A stretch of DNA of 64,000 nucleotides from positions 6,634,001 through 6,698,000 of the forward strand of contig OX597838.1 of NCBI GenBank assembly GCA_951406725.2, read 5' to 3'. This stretch comes from Octopus vulgaris. Taxonomy: Eukaryota. The stretch's first letter is position 1; each line of letters opens with the position of its first letter. The position numbers and the translations under genes were made by a program. The notes under the pieces are model-generated. The model was not told the DNA's origin, made no database searches, and saw nothing but the letters and a program-made list of their open reading frames with translations. Of the stretch, positions 29,674 to 42,749 are shown one piece after another.

Positions 29674-30249
29674 TATGTATATATTCAAATTCTTTAGCAG
29701 GTTTATTTCCCCCATCAGTTCTCCTCATGTAGTATTCCAAATTCACGGCATATGCTCCAGAGTAAATACTAATCAATTTATTAAAGCGACCTCATGATGA
29801 GGAAGTTACACGTACAATTGTGGTCCGCATTACACCGGAAATACAACAGGCAGGTGCAGCAGCATTTTCAAGAAAGGCTTGTCGTAGTGTCCAGTGCACA
29901 GATAATGATCCTAATCCGCTATAGTAAATTCCTAGGTTTCTGATATTTTCTGCAAGTGGTCCACCCTTATTCCAAACCCTATTTGTTCCATGCACTTTTC
30001 AAGATTTTTACTCACTGGTTCCTGGGTTCAGACAATTATTGCTACCACTAACACATTTTCCTCGACCATAACTGCTTAACCTCCCAAGCTAACCTGTCGT
30101 ATCTATCGACTTTTCTTTCCTCCTTATCGCATAACTTGTTGTCAGCTGACCATCCTATATCTATGATCTAGCATCGTTCGCTTTCTTTCTCGATTAAGAC
30201 TATAACTGGTTTCGTATCCTCCACCTCATGATCGCACTGAATCATAAAA

Positions 30250-30267
30250 TTACTACTACTACTACTG

Positions 30268-30358
<91 letters not shown>

Positions 30359-30544
30359 TAATAATAATTATAAAAAAATAATAATAATACAAATGCTTTA
30401 CTTCTCAGAATATTTCGGTCTTTTTTTCGTTCTGGCAGATTCTGTGAGAGCGGACGCCAGCCTGCTGTCAGAGGTCTCACAGGGTCTCTTTCCGCACATT
30501 ATATGCTTTGATACTTGGTTGTTAATTAGCGTTTGAGACATTTA

Positions 30545-30632
<88 letters not shown>

Positions 30633-30671
30633 TTATTATTACTACTACTACGATTACGACTACCATTATCG

Positions 30672-30721
<50 letters not shown>
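30250..30721. repeat. Inverted pair of compound trinucleotide microsatellites, (TAC)n(TAA)n and (TTA)n..(GTA)n, around a spacer of about 150 bp
   Basis: Directly visible. Confidence 0.85.
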
Positions 30722-30853
30722 TAAGTGTTTTTTTATACTTTGAGAATAAATTCCGTCGGGAGCAGCGTGATAATTTATCGTCTCGCGACCAAAGTGTAAG
30801 TAGGAGGTGAGTGCATGTTTGTTATACATGTATACATATGCATTTACGTATGC

Positions 30854-30916
<63 letters not shown>

Positions 30917-31449
30917 CATACATATATACATACATACATGTATATGTGTGTGCGTGTATTCGATTTTATATTACTACTTTCGTTTTTCTCCTATTCACTA
31001 TATATATTCTATGGACCTAGATTCCATGAGTTATATGTGTATGTATGTGTTTTTGCTTGCTTCAGTGTCTGTGTCTGTGTGTCTGTGTGTGTGTAATAGT
31101 TAAGTAGAATACTTGTAATGTAGACATCTTCCTCTTTTTCAGTTACATTATGCTAATTAACTAACCATTTCATTTTAGAATATAAATTATAATATATTCG
31201 TCGTCCATCTGGTATGTTGATGTCAATTACTTAATATTTGCATATTAATTAAGTTTTCTTATAAATCAATTGCGTTAATTATTTTCTTCCTTCACGATTT
31301 TTTAATTAGAATATGTTGTACTCTATCTGTTTCATTAAGGTATTTTAAGCATTTTAATTATGTAGTTAATTCCAAACTCCTGCCTCTTGTGGCTTTATAT
31401 CTCCAGTAAAAAAACAAACAACGCAGTATTATTTAATTTGATAATTTGT

Positions 31450-31710
31450 GCGAGAACGGGAGAGAAGTGTGTACATTTTCCGTTCTTATTATCTCTCCTC
31501 GCAATGCCGATGGGTTGGTAGGAATCTTACGATGCTCGGCGGTATATTTTTCGTCTTTGCGTTCCGAATTAAAATTCCACGGTATTCGATGCTGTCCTTC
31601 ATCTTTTGGGGCCCATGAGACAAGTTCCAGTCAACTATTGACCCCCTGGGGTTATCGACTAACACTGATGCATAAAATTTCACGTCTTACGCCTGTAGTA
31701 GGAGAAAATA
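31450..31710 (+). mobile_element. Old SINE family A copy
   Basis: gcggtatatttttcgtctttgcgttccgaattaaaattcc...ccttcatcttttgggg...aagttccagtc. Confidence 0.6.
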
Positions 31711-31781
31711 TAATAATAATCTCTCCTACAATCATCTTATTTTAATTAGTTATTAGAGTTACTTTGTCATATCCTGCTCGT

Positions 31782-32010
31782 AGGCGCGAGAGTGACTGCG
31801 TGATAACTAGCTATAGGCGTAGGAGTGGATGTGTGGCAAGTAGCTTGCTTACCCACCACGTCGTTCCGAGTTCAGTCCTACTGCGTGGTACTCTTGGGGC
31901 CAGTGTCTCCCACTATAACCTCGGGACGACCAAAACCTCGTGCCGATGTGCTCGGCTAAAGATGGTGCTCCTGCATGCTCGCGGTCAAATGATTGAAACA
32001 AGTAAAGGAA
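31782..32010 (+). mobile_element. SINE family B, internally deleted, with duplicated head
   Basis: ggcgcgagagtgactgcgtgataactagc followed by ggcgtaggagtggatgtgtggcaagtagcttgc; tail ggtcaaatgattgaaacaagtaaa. Confidence 0.8.
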
Positions 32011-32221
32011 TTACAGAATGAAAGAATATCACAGCCAAGTAAGTCTTTGTTGAGAATATCTAAGAGTGTCTGCTGAAGAATTATATAAAACAGGAAGAAT
32101 GTTTGGGTGATTCATTAAGGCAAGTAACACGTTGCAAGTTATTTTGGTGAAGATATTTACGCCAAATACATATCTAGAACAATTGTAGAAGAACACCTTC
32201 AAAATGGACAATTTTGTATAA

Positions 32222-32674
32222 AGTAATCCCTCGAGTATCGTGGGTTCTACATTCCAAAATCCCACGCGATAGGTGAGAATCCACGGAGTAGATACTGTAC
32301 TGTATTGTAATTTATTTAATTATTTTTATAATTTCTCTATATTTTTTTATTATAAATGTAAAACAAAACCACACACTCGCCTCCCGGATTTCGTTTTCGA
32401 TACGTTACGTATTTTCTTTTAATATATTTTAATTAATGCCTTATACAGTGCAGTACTGTACTGTATCTCTGTTTATTAATTTATTGTTAGGAGTGAAAAT
32501 GCGTGTTTTATCACAGAAAAAATTAAAATCCAGAAAAATATAAATACCTATCGGCCGCAGAAACCCGCGATGTACTGAGAAGCCCGTGATAAAAATTTAC
32601 ATGTATTAGGCAGAAGACTTCGCGATGTACTCAGTGCGCGATAGGTGAACCGCGATATGGCGAGTGTATACTGT
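32222..32674 (+). mobile_element. pogo/Tigger-like MITE (family E), longest copy
   Basis: agtaatccctcgagtatcg ... cgcgataggtgaaccgcgatatggcgagtgtatactgta, with internal cgcgat repeats. Confidence 0.8.
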
Positions 32675-33437
32675 ACTCTACATTGTAATTATATATTAAA
32701 GCATCTTTTAATCGAAGGATTGGTTTGAGATGCAGAGACGCATGCAGATGAGGCAGTGTTCTGTGGTTCCATTTCATTTTCTACAGTCTGTGTATGCATC
32801 TCTCCTATATATATTATTATACAATTGCATCTAGCATAATTTTGAAAGACATCTTTAAATACTAACGTATTTGTTTAGATCATTTTTTTAAGTGCTCATC
32901 AGAATATTAGACCTTGTTTCGTTCATACTTTCATATATAGGGAGTCTGAGCCTGCTCCGAGTAACAACACTCCTTGGTGAGTTGTAAAACTTCTGGTCGT
33001 CATATAAGCCTGTACTTTGGTAAGCAACTGCCAGTGTGAATGCATGTATGCATAATTAAACCATAATTCAAAATGTGTTTCTATATAACCCACCGATTCT
33101 TACAATGTACGCAAAAGCAATTTCAAACGCCTGAAACGATTTGGAAAGCGATCCCATCTTCCAAATATTTCAATAATTTTTTTTGTACAGAATTTCAGTA
33201 AGCGTTCTGCTTCTTAAGTCCCGAGGATATAGTACAACCTTTTAATGTGGAATAATAAAATCATACAGATCGAACGCAAGAATGCCCAATAAGTTTTATA
33301 TTTACTTATAGACATACTAATATATTGTGGTCCAAAATTCACTGAGGGGCTGCAATCTTTGATAATTCTGTTATTTTGTTTTTACTTTTTGCTGTCATTT
33401 TTATAGGTTTTATGGACTAGGTCGTGGAAATTAATTA

Positions 33438-34065
33438 TGGATAAACATGGCACCACACTACGTACGCATGTGATGAAATTGTTCTATCAAAATTAGGGGT
33501 CTAGTGTTCAAACCTAGTGAGCACCAAAGCGAATTGCACGCCATGAACTGTAGTGTATGATGTGCGTATGAGATAATGTGGCCTTATTTTTATCGGGTCA
33601 AAATAGGCCCGATATGTGGCTCCAACAAGATGGGGAAACTTCTCATACTGATGGAGAGATAATACATATGCTGAGGAAATGTGTTGGAGGAAGAATCATC
33701 TCTTGCTACTGAGATGTCAACTGGCCCTCGGTTCCCCCAGACTTCACCAGCCTTGACTTGTTGGGTACACGCCAAACAGGAAATTTTGGAACAAGTGAAG
33801 GAGAATATCACTAGAAGAATCATGGAACTGTACCCTGAAACAGTTACAGGTGCCGTGGAACAAAATTTAGAAAGGGCACGGATATGTGAAGTTGAACATG
33901 AACGCCATTTAAACGATACTATTTTTTATACGTAGTGCAGATGTATAATGAAAAACTACTAAAGCAACGAAATTACCATTGTCTCCTCCATATTGAATTA
34001 AAATTACATACGCCTATTTGTAAAAATAAAAATAAAACCCGGTCACTTTTGGTCTGCCCCGTGTA
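33438..34065 (+). pseudogene. Tc1/mariner-superfamily transposase relic (internally deleted, frameshifted) with probable right end
   Basis: 33614 translates MWLQQDGETSHT (WFQQDGAxxH motif). About 33722 gives WPSVPPDFTSLD (WPPRSPDLxPLD). The C-terminus RARICEVEHERHLNDTIFYT stops at 33935, and the terminus reads ttttggtctgccccgtgta. Confidence 0.8.
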
Positions 34066-35276
34066 ATACTGATTCTATTACAGTTTGAACTCAAAATAGC
34101 CAAACAACATAACGTCATGAATTATTAGTGGAACACCAGAGCTATTCTATCAACTGGCATCTCCCCTCTTCGTTAAGGTGTATAATGTATTTCAAGATCA
34201 TTGGTGATACCAAAAGTCGCACGAAAAATTAAAGCGATACTAAAGGAACTTTATTAAATTTATATTTTCTTTTTTCTTTCTATACCTCATTTTTCTCTTG
34301 TATCATAATTCTCTCTTTCATTCACTCACCCATTCTCTCTCTCTCTTTCTTTCTCTCTCTCTCTCTCTCGTTCACAGTAACGTTTTCTCTGTTTTTCCAT
34401 CTATATTTTCCGTTTCTCTTCTATTCACAACCGATTCCTCTTGTTTTATATTTCACTTCTCTCACTTCTCTCTCACTTCTCTTTCTCTCTCTCTCCATCT
34501 CTATCTCTATCTCTCTGTCTTTCACTCTTTTCCTCGCTTCATGTCCTTCTTTTTCTATAGAGGACTTGTCAGAGTTTATAAGATAGTGCTACATGAAATG
34601 AAACCGTATGCAAAATAACGTTGTGGTTTGAATTAATTTTCTGCTTCAATTTAGATATTAAAATATCTGCTGGCCGAATATTATGATCAAGCATGAAATT
34701 ACAGTAAAACAATTCATAGAAAATTAGATTTCGAAATTTTCTTCTTGGTTAGATTAAAAGATTGCAGTAAAAATATAAAAACATACAAAAATAATATAAA
34801 CAACGAAAAAATTTAAAGCAAAATAATATTGTTATATAGAAAAGAAGAGTGGCGTTGACTATCGACGTACGATTCATTTGTTCCACGTGCATACAAACGC
34901 ATACGCAGTGCTATATGCATATAGAGAGGCAAACAAACGCACACACGTATATATATATATACACTCTTTCTCACACATCCACATATATATGTGCATACAA
35001 AGATAAATGTACATATATACGTATGTGTTTGTGTGTATGTATGTATATGTATACATACATTCTCACACACGCAAACACGTATATGAATATAAGAGAGTGT
35101 GTATGTGTATGTGTGTGCTATATCTTTAATAAAGAATTAAATAACATATAGCAACGCAAGTAAGAATTAGTAGAAAACTTACATTCACACACATATAATC
35201 GCACACGCACGCACACACACTCACACAACCCTATGTATATATATATATATAGAGAGAGAGAGAGAATTTTATATAT

Positions 35277-35304
35277 ATATATGTAGGTATGTATGAATAT
35301 TTAA

Positions 35305-35347
<43 letters not shown>

Positions 35348-35405
35348 AGTATGTATGAATATTTAAATTTATATATATATGTAGGTATGTATGAAAATTT
35401 AAATT

Positions 35406-35420
<15 letters not shown>
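35277..35420. repeat. Minisatellite, 3 copies of atgtaggtatgtatgaatatttaaattt(at)n
   Basis: Units start near 35281, 35343 and 35379. Confidence 0.9.
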
Positions 35421-35441
<21 letters not shown>

Positions 35442-35455
35442 CTCACGCACATACA

Positions 35456-35520
<65 letters not shown>

Positions 35521-36526
35521 GTAATAGTACTGACACATATACGTAGGTTCCTTTATATATATATTTATTTATAAATTCATATATGTCATACCAGAAATAT
35601 GTATTTATTTATATGTACACTGACATTTACATCACACACAAAATGTCTACCAATATATGACTGTGTACATCTGTGTGTGTCTGCGTACATGTGTGTGTGT
35701 GTGTGTGTGTAGCTATATGCGTGTACGTGTGTGTACACACATTTCCGTCCGCAATTGTATGTAGTTATTCGTCGAGGAACATTGAGATAAGAATTATGAA
35801 ACAGGTATGCACAAGGGTGCGCGATAAATTTTAGACTTCTGCAGCATATAATACTTTGATTAAATGGTTACGAAATATCCTAAGCCATACATAGTTCCAA
35901 GTATAAGCAGCAGAGAAGAGAAAATGACAGCCTTGCGACATGGTTGTCTCTCAAACACTTATAATCTTCTCCATCATCATTTTACTATATAAATAATCCA
36001 GGTTTTAAGTGGAGGAAAGTGAAGAAGACGTTTGCGTCAAGAGTTTTCTTCTGAATTACGTGATTAAAAGTTCAGTCCTTCTGCGTGGCCCCTTATGAAT
36101 GAGTTTCTGCTATGGCCCTAGGTCGACGAAGATCTTGAGACCGGATGCTTTACACTGAAACTAAGATAAAGCGTTTCCGATATGTGTATGTGTTTGTCGT
36201 TATATTTGTGCTGTGATTCTACTAACACGATCACAACTAGCACCGGCGCCACAGCTTTGTAACGGATGTCGGTCAATTTACTTAGCGCTTCGTCAAAATA
36301 AGGCACAAAGCCTTATTAAAAGTTAGTATTGAGATCGATTTGTTTGACAAAATCATCGAAGTTGGTGTCACTACATGGCTACGGTGAACTAACTAGAGAG
36401 GATGAAGAAGGAAGCCTCATTCAATTTACGAAGATTTAAATTTCTCTAAATCTTCGTACACTTCCAAAACATTCTATCGAGCACTCTCCAAGCTACTGAC
36501 TTCAGAAATCCAGTGTTACTGTATTA

Positions 36527-36763
36527 CAGTTGTTCCCAAAGTGGGCGGTGGAAGGTTCCCAAGGGGGCGTTGAAGAAAAGAGGGGCGATAATGGGGTAAT
36601 GATTCATGTAAAAGCAACAAAGTAATGTGTTCATTAAATTAAGTCCTATTTGTAAAACACTGCTACTTTGAATTTGCTTCAGAAAGAGATTTGTGTTTGT
36701 GATGGTTGGAATGCGGCCAGGATGTCAAGGAAGCGGCAGCCTGGAACTGTTTGGGAACCACTG
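36527..36763. mobile_element. hAT (Charlie-like) MITE
   Basis: TIRs cagttgttcccaaa / tttgggaaccactg with internal gggggcg motifs; no 8-bp TSD recognisable. Confidence 0.75.
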
Positions 36764-36864
36764 GTTTATAAGGACGGTAAGTATATTAACTGTTCCAGAT
36801 ACTTCTATCGTAATGTTTCCTGATGTTTTCTACTCGGTGAGGGTAAGTTAATTATCATGGGAAT

Positions 36865-37065
36865 ATTCCTTTCTACTCTAGGCAAAAAGCCCGAAATTTT
36901 TGAGGAGACGATGAGTTGATTACATCGACCCAAGTATAGAACTGGTACTTAATTCATAGACCCCGAAAAGTTGAAACGTAAAGTCGACCTCAGTAGAATT
37001 TGAACTCAGAACGTAAAGACAGACGAATTACCGCTAAGCTAATAATTCTGCCAGCTCGTCGCCTT
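36865..37065 (-). mobile_element. SINE family A
   Basis: Family core plus head ttctgccagctcgtcgcctt. Confidence 0.88.
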
Positions 37066-37676
37066 ATATCATGGGCATATTAAATAGCTGAGACGCTTCA
37101 GTAAATATTAATTTCTCGTTACTTGGTTGTTGTCATTTTATCTAATATGGAGTAATTAAAGCCTCCAATAATCCTCTCCATTTGCACGAAGAAACGGCTT
37201 CACGATTTTTTTACAAAGCCAGTTTGTTCCTTTTCATATAATCTATGATTCAGTGATATTGTTATTTATTTCCGTACACTTTCCGTTTGAAATAAATTTG
37301 GCAATTGGTTAAGCATCTGTAAAAGATAGCGTATTACTGCAAAGTAAGACATCCCTTGCTATTGAGGACATTTTTAGAAACATGATTGTATATTAGGATA
37401 CAATTTTACCGTTAAGACTGACTCCAAATGGGCAATTGCGGCAACAGCATAGATTGACCACACTATGGCTTATGCATAAACAAATCAGCACATATATTCA
37501 TTGGCTGAACAAGATGATACTAGATATATCGTTAAATAAAGAGTCGCTGATCACGCTAGACTATGTATCTCTCAGTATTTAATTATCCTGGTCGAACTCG
37601 GAACCAAAAATGTGACCTGGCCAGACTGAACATATAAGGGAAAATGACAAAACAAAGGTGTAACAAAGTTATCATC

Positions 37677-38056
37677 GGCACGCGGGCTATGTGGCAAGTA
37701 GCTTGCTTACCAACCACATGGTTCTTGGTTCAGTTCCATTGTGTGTAACCTTAGGTATGTGTCTTCTACTATAGCCTCGGGCCGACCAAAGCATTGTGAG
37801 TAGATTTGTTAGAAGGAAACTGAACGAAGCACGTCGTATATATATATATTTGTGCGTGTGTGTGTGTGTATTTATGTGTTTGTCCCCCTCATCCCCACCA
37901 TCGCTTGACAACCGATGATGGTGTGTTTACCTCCCTGAAACTTGGCGGTTCCTCGAAGAATAACTCCTGGTGTCGATTTTCTCAACTATAGGCGGTGCTC
38001 CAGCATGGCTCCAGTCAAATGACTGAAATGGGAAAAAAGAATAAAAAATAAAAAGA
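37677..38056 (+). mobile_element. SINE family B
   Basis: gtggcaagtagcttgcttaccaaccacatggttc...ggcggtgctccagcatggc..cagtcaaatgactgaaa. Confidence 0.88.
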
Positions 38057-38607
38057 ATTAACTTATCAAAAAACAACCACTTTACGATAATTATTAATCA
38101 CCATAATTTCTAAATACTATTTACTTAGTTCTGTACATCATACTAAAAGCAGCAACAGTGCTGAAAGCCTGAAAACTGCGGTATCTGACTCGAAAAAGCA
38201 TTTCTTATGCAGGAAAACAGATGCTTAATTCAGGCAGACACAGCAGTTTACAATATTTAGCTTCTTTAGAAATGGTGCGCAGATTGCAGTTTTGTTCTAA
38301 AAATACTGATTGCCTCGCTTGTAAGGTATTTACATATTGATATAGTTATGTTTGTTTATATATTTATTTACTACTGTGTGCACTTTTGCATAGTCGATTT
38401 CTCCTCTCCAATTCCAATTATAAATTGAATGATATTCTTCAAAGTTTAACCAACTATTACTAATTTAAACTGGTTTCTTAATTAATTGGTAAATAATTAC
38501 ATTACGTTGTTTGCATATTCCTTTTAATTGTTGCGAATTCTTTCTGATGCGTTTTTATACGAATCCTTGTTATCATGGTTATCGATCATTTAGTTGCTTT
38601 TAAATTA

Positions 38608-38668
<61 letters not shown>

Positions 38669-38701
38669 CATATATATATATATATATGTATGTATGTATG
38701 C

Positions 38702-38764
<63 letters not shown>

Positions 38765-39216
38765 TATATACGCAAAAATATACATACACACGCACACAAT
38801 CATACAATTATATGCATATATCCCTTATATGATTAACCTGATAATCGAATGTTTTACATCGCCAGTCACTATGCGCTTTGCATCGCTTAAGCTCTCGATC
38901 GATAGCACACTGTTGGCGAGATGAGCGGGTCAGCTTTCCCCTTGATCGCAAAGCCAGTCCGTCACGCGGTTTCTCATTTACAGCTGAGATGAATGTAGCA
39001 ACGGAAAATAAAGCTCCGACAGCTCGCCGCCGCCATATTGGCCACCTGATAATATCAAAGGCGAACGTCCCAAGGACTTGCTGTTGTCTTCCTTTCTTCT
39101 TTCTGGTTTTGTCTTTTTGTTGTTGGCTGTTCGCTGCCCTCCCCCCTCGCACTTCCTCTTTCTCTTCACGCCCACAGCTATACATATATATATGCATAGA
39201 TATATATGTATGTACA

Positions 39217-39277
<61 letters not shown>

Positions 39278-39350
39278 ATATATATGATGCACACAAACAC
39301 AAACAAATATTAATAAATGTATATATATGCATATATATACATATATATAC

Positions 39351-39388
<38 letters not shown>

Positions 39389-39397
39389 ATATATATA

Positions 39398-39438
<41 letters not shown>

Positions 39439-39455
39439 ATATATATACATATATT

Positions 39456-39491
<36 letters not shown>

Positions 39492-40221
39492 CACACATAT
39501 ATATATATGCATGGGAGTAGTTTGCATAAAGAATGCAGAGAAATCAGACATGATCCCATTGGGCGTTTTATAACGATTATACTCTGATAATCACGTGGTT
39601 TTTCATTTCCGTCCTCACTTCTCTCCTGCTGGCGGCCATAATGAAATCTCATCTTACACGTTAGATTTCGACATTGTGTAAAGCTCTCCCTCACAAAATA
39701 TTTAATCACGATTTTTCTTTTTTTTACTTCTTCTTTTTCTTTGTTTTTCTACTGCAATGAGTTTGATTGCATGTCGTTACGTTGTTGTGTCATCAATCAG
39801 AATGTGAAATTGAAAACTGCAGTTAGTTATTTTCACACAAATAAGGAGTAGAAACCAACGCACCATATTGTTCAAGTCGTTAGTTACTGCTCACATATTA
39901 CTTTCATTGCTATTTCTGTTGTTCGTGTTGCTGTAGTTGGTGTCATTGTTGTCTTTGATGCTGCTGTTGTTATTGTATTCTTCTTGTTGTTATTTTCGTT
40001 TTTTGTGCTATAATCGTTGCTCTTTTACACTCTCTCCCATTTCACCTGCATCTTGTTTCCCTAATATTTGCCCTTCTTTACTCCTTCGTTTTCTTGTCCT
40101 TAACGCTGTTCAATGAAAATTACTATTGTTGTTGTTATTATCGTTGATATTATTATTGTTTTTTTATATTACTTCACTCACGCACAACATTTTAACCTGG
40201 AAAGGAAAAATTCCTAATATA

Positions 40222-40453
40222 TATTTCTTTATTGCCTACAAGGGGACAAACAAGGACAGACAAACGGATTAAGTCGATTACATCGACCCCAGTGCGTAAC
40301 TGGTACTTAATTTATCGACCCCGAAAGGATGGAAGACAAAATCGACCTCCGCGGAATTTGAACTCAGAACGTAACGGCAGACAAAATACGGCTACGCATT
40401 TCGCCCGGTGTGCTAACGATTCTGCCAGTTCGCCGCCCGTGCCCGCTCGCCGC
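40222..40453 (-). mobile_element. SINE family A inserted near the LINE 3' end, with a 9-bp candidate TSD
   Basis: cctaatata at 40213-40221 and 40454-40462 flanks a well-conserved family A body. Confidence 0.9.
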
Positions 40454-40750
40454 CCTAATATAGGGACACAAAAAGTAACCTTAGATCCCAAGAACCTTTC
40501 TAATATCCTACCTGTCCCTAATCACTCTGTTTTGTGGAGGTGTACTATCGTAGGTTTTATGTGTATTTCTTCTATCCATGTTTTCAATTTTTAGGAATAG
40601 TTCCTAACTGGGATACATTTTACCAGCACTTTCTATTGTCTCTGTAACTGTCTAGGGTTTTGTACTTTTCTATTTTCTCTATACCCCTGATATTACTTTT
40701 TTCATTTGGGACTGTAAACCCCATTATCTGGCACTTTCTATTCTCTTTAT

Positions 40751-40812
<62 letters not shown>

Positions 40813-40813
40813 G

Positions 40814-40847
<34 letters not shown>
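40751..40847. repeat. (CTA)n microsatellite inside the LINE endonuclease region
   Basis: Directly visible. Confidence 0.95.
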
Positions 40848-40849
<2 letters not shown>

Positions 40850-42749
40850 AATGGTATCACTCTGTCGGTCTCAATGTTAAAGTCCCACAACGTCTCATAT
40901 TTCTTCCTAGTACTTTATTGGTTTCATTTTCATACTAGTCACCAGTGTAGTCAGATCCTATCTTTCTAAATAACAACCGGTGTATTAATCTCCCTAGGTT
41001 GTCATGTCTTTTCTTGTATTCTTTCTGCGCCAGAATGCTACATTCACTTACTATATGAGTAACACTTTCCTATTTTGATTTGATTAACCTACATTCGGAA
41101 TCTACCTGTTTTTTTTCTCTACCTTGGCTTTTATCCAATTAATACTTAATGATATTAGCAAACTCTCTGTCTCTCTTGTCAGCCTCCCTTTGCGCAAACA
41201 TAATCATGTCTCACTACTACTATTTCTTGCAATTATCTTTACGAATATACCATGAGAGGCCTCCCCTTGCCAGTCAAATAATCTTTCTTCTTTTTTCTGA
41301 ATTTTAAATTCATGTGACTTTTTGGTTTATCTATGTCCTTCTGTGACACGAGCAGCTCTTAACAACCTTCATTATTACCTACATACGAGACTATATCCAC
41401 GCAGTCTTCTAATGATATTAACCATCTTCCACTCACCTTCCTTTTCAGTTAAGTATAAGCTTGTTACTCCTGCTCTTGGCTGAAGTCCTCCATTCGTATT
41501 GAATTCCTTTCTAGTTCTTGTCTAGCTTTGCAAATTCAGATTTTGTCCAATCTACAAAAGTTGCTGAGTATCTAAGTAACAACACTGGCCAAATATTTAC
41601 AGCCTTCACTACATTCGGAACATTTGGCTTTGAATTCATTACCTTCTGATGTATCCTTCTTAATTTTCACTTCTATAGTTAGTAATCTACCAGATTCTAA
41701 TACTCCTAGATACTTATAATTCTCTCCTTCTTTCAGTGATCTTAATGTCAGGCTGTCTTGCAATTGAATGCCTTTAGTGTTGACCACTTGTCCCTGTCAT
41801 GATTAAAATTGCATACACATCTATACCAAATTCCATGCCTGTATCTTTGGTGAAGTGTTTTACGGTTTATATTAAGATATCTCTTTTTTTATTCTAAATA
41901 CAAAGTTCCAGATCATCCTTATGGAGCAACCGGATAATTTTTCCTTCACTATTTCGTAACTGATACCCTGCCTTTGCCCTCCTTAATATTAAACTGAGGA
42001 GGATAAAACATAAGGCAAATATTAAAGGATATAACGAGTCTTCTTGCAAAATTTCTCTATTGATATTAAATTTCCTTGAGGCTGTGTCACCTGTGTGGAG
42101 ATATAATTTCCATTTCTTTATCCTAAAGCTAATTAATTCCCTTCTGTTTTCTGCAATACCGAAAATACTCAATCATTCACTCATCCATGAGTGTGGAATC
42201 ATTTCATAGGCTTTCCTGTTATCTATCAATGCTGTTGTTAATTTTTCTTTCTTCATTTTACTTCATTTAGAAATAATTTGTCTCTGTATAGCAGATCATG
42301 CATTTCTCTAAACTTCTTCCTGAAACGTTTCCGTTCTTCAAGCAGCAATTTCTGGCAGTGAAGGTTCTCATAAATGCTTTCTGAAAGTCTTCTTGATAAC
42401 AGCTTCCCCACTAATGGTAAGCAAATGATTGGTCTATAATTGCTAGTTATATTATCCTTGCTCTTATCTTTCATGAGCAGTGAGGTTCTCCCTCTAATCA
42501 TCCAATCTGTTGTTACCCCTCTATCCAATGAGCAAATCTGCATATTGCCTGAGCTTGCCAAATTCTTTAGCCGATATATTACGATCACAAGGAATACTCA
42601 TTTCAATTAATAAACAGACTTTATTCTTTCACAACAATATCCAGTTTATTAGCTTTGATAGTTCCGTTTTTACTAGTTCTGTATGTACTTGAAAATTTCC
42701 CAGAATCTTTAGATTTTCTCCCTCAGTTACTGCCTCAGGGTGGTGCTTA

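Larger units (their letters stand above)
40160..42735 (-). pseudogene. Decayed R4/Dong-like non-LTR retrotransposon (RT, zinc knuckle, REL endonuclease, 3' UTR)
   Basis: Minus-strand motifs in order: NYRPIICLPLVGKLLS, IDNRKAYEMIPHSW, ILQEDSLYPLIF, LLHKDDLEL, YKYLGVLE, CRL...ESVTHIVSECSILAQKEYKKRHDN, LWDFNIETDRVI, VVVDKENRKCQIMGFTVP. Many stops and frameshifts. Confidence 0.9.

Noticed and set aside
29700-30240. Possible decayed RTE-type APE endonuclease fragment on the minus strand
   Set aside because: Only vague motif resemblance; cannot be supported without a profile search.
32027-32054. tatcacagcca resembling the miR-2 family 5' end
   Set aside because: The rest diverges, the upstream sequence is a SINE tail, and there is no precursor hairpin.
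38808-39709. Overlapping 231-247 aa ORFs
   Set aside because: Their length comes from the internal TA tract; the non-repetitive parts show no recognisable domain.
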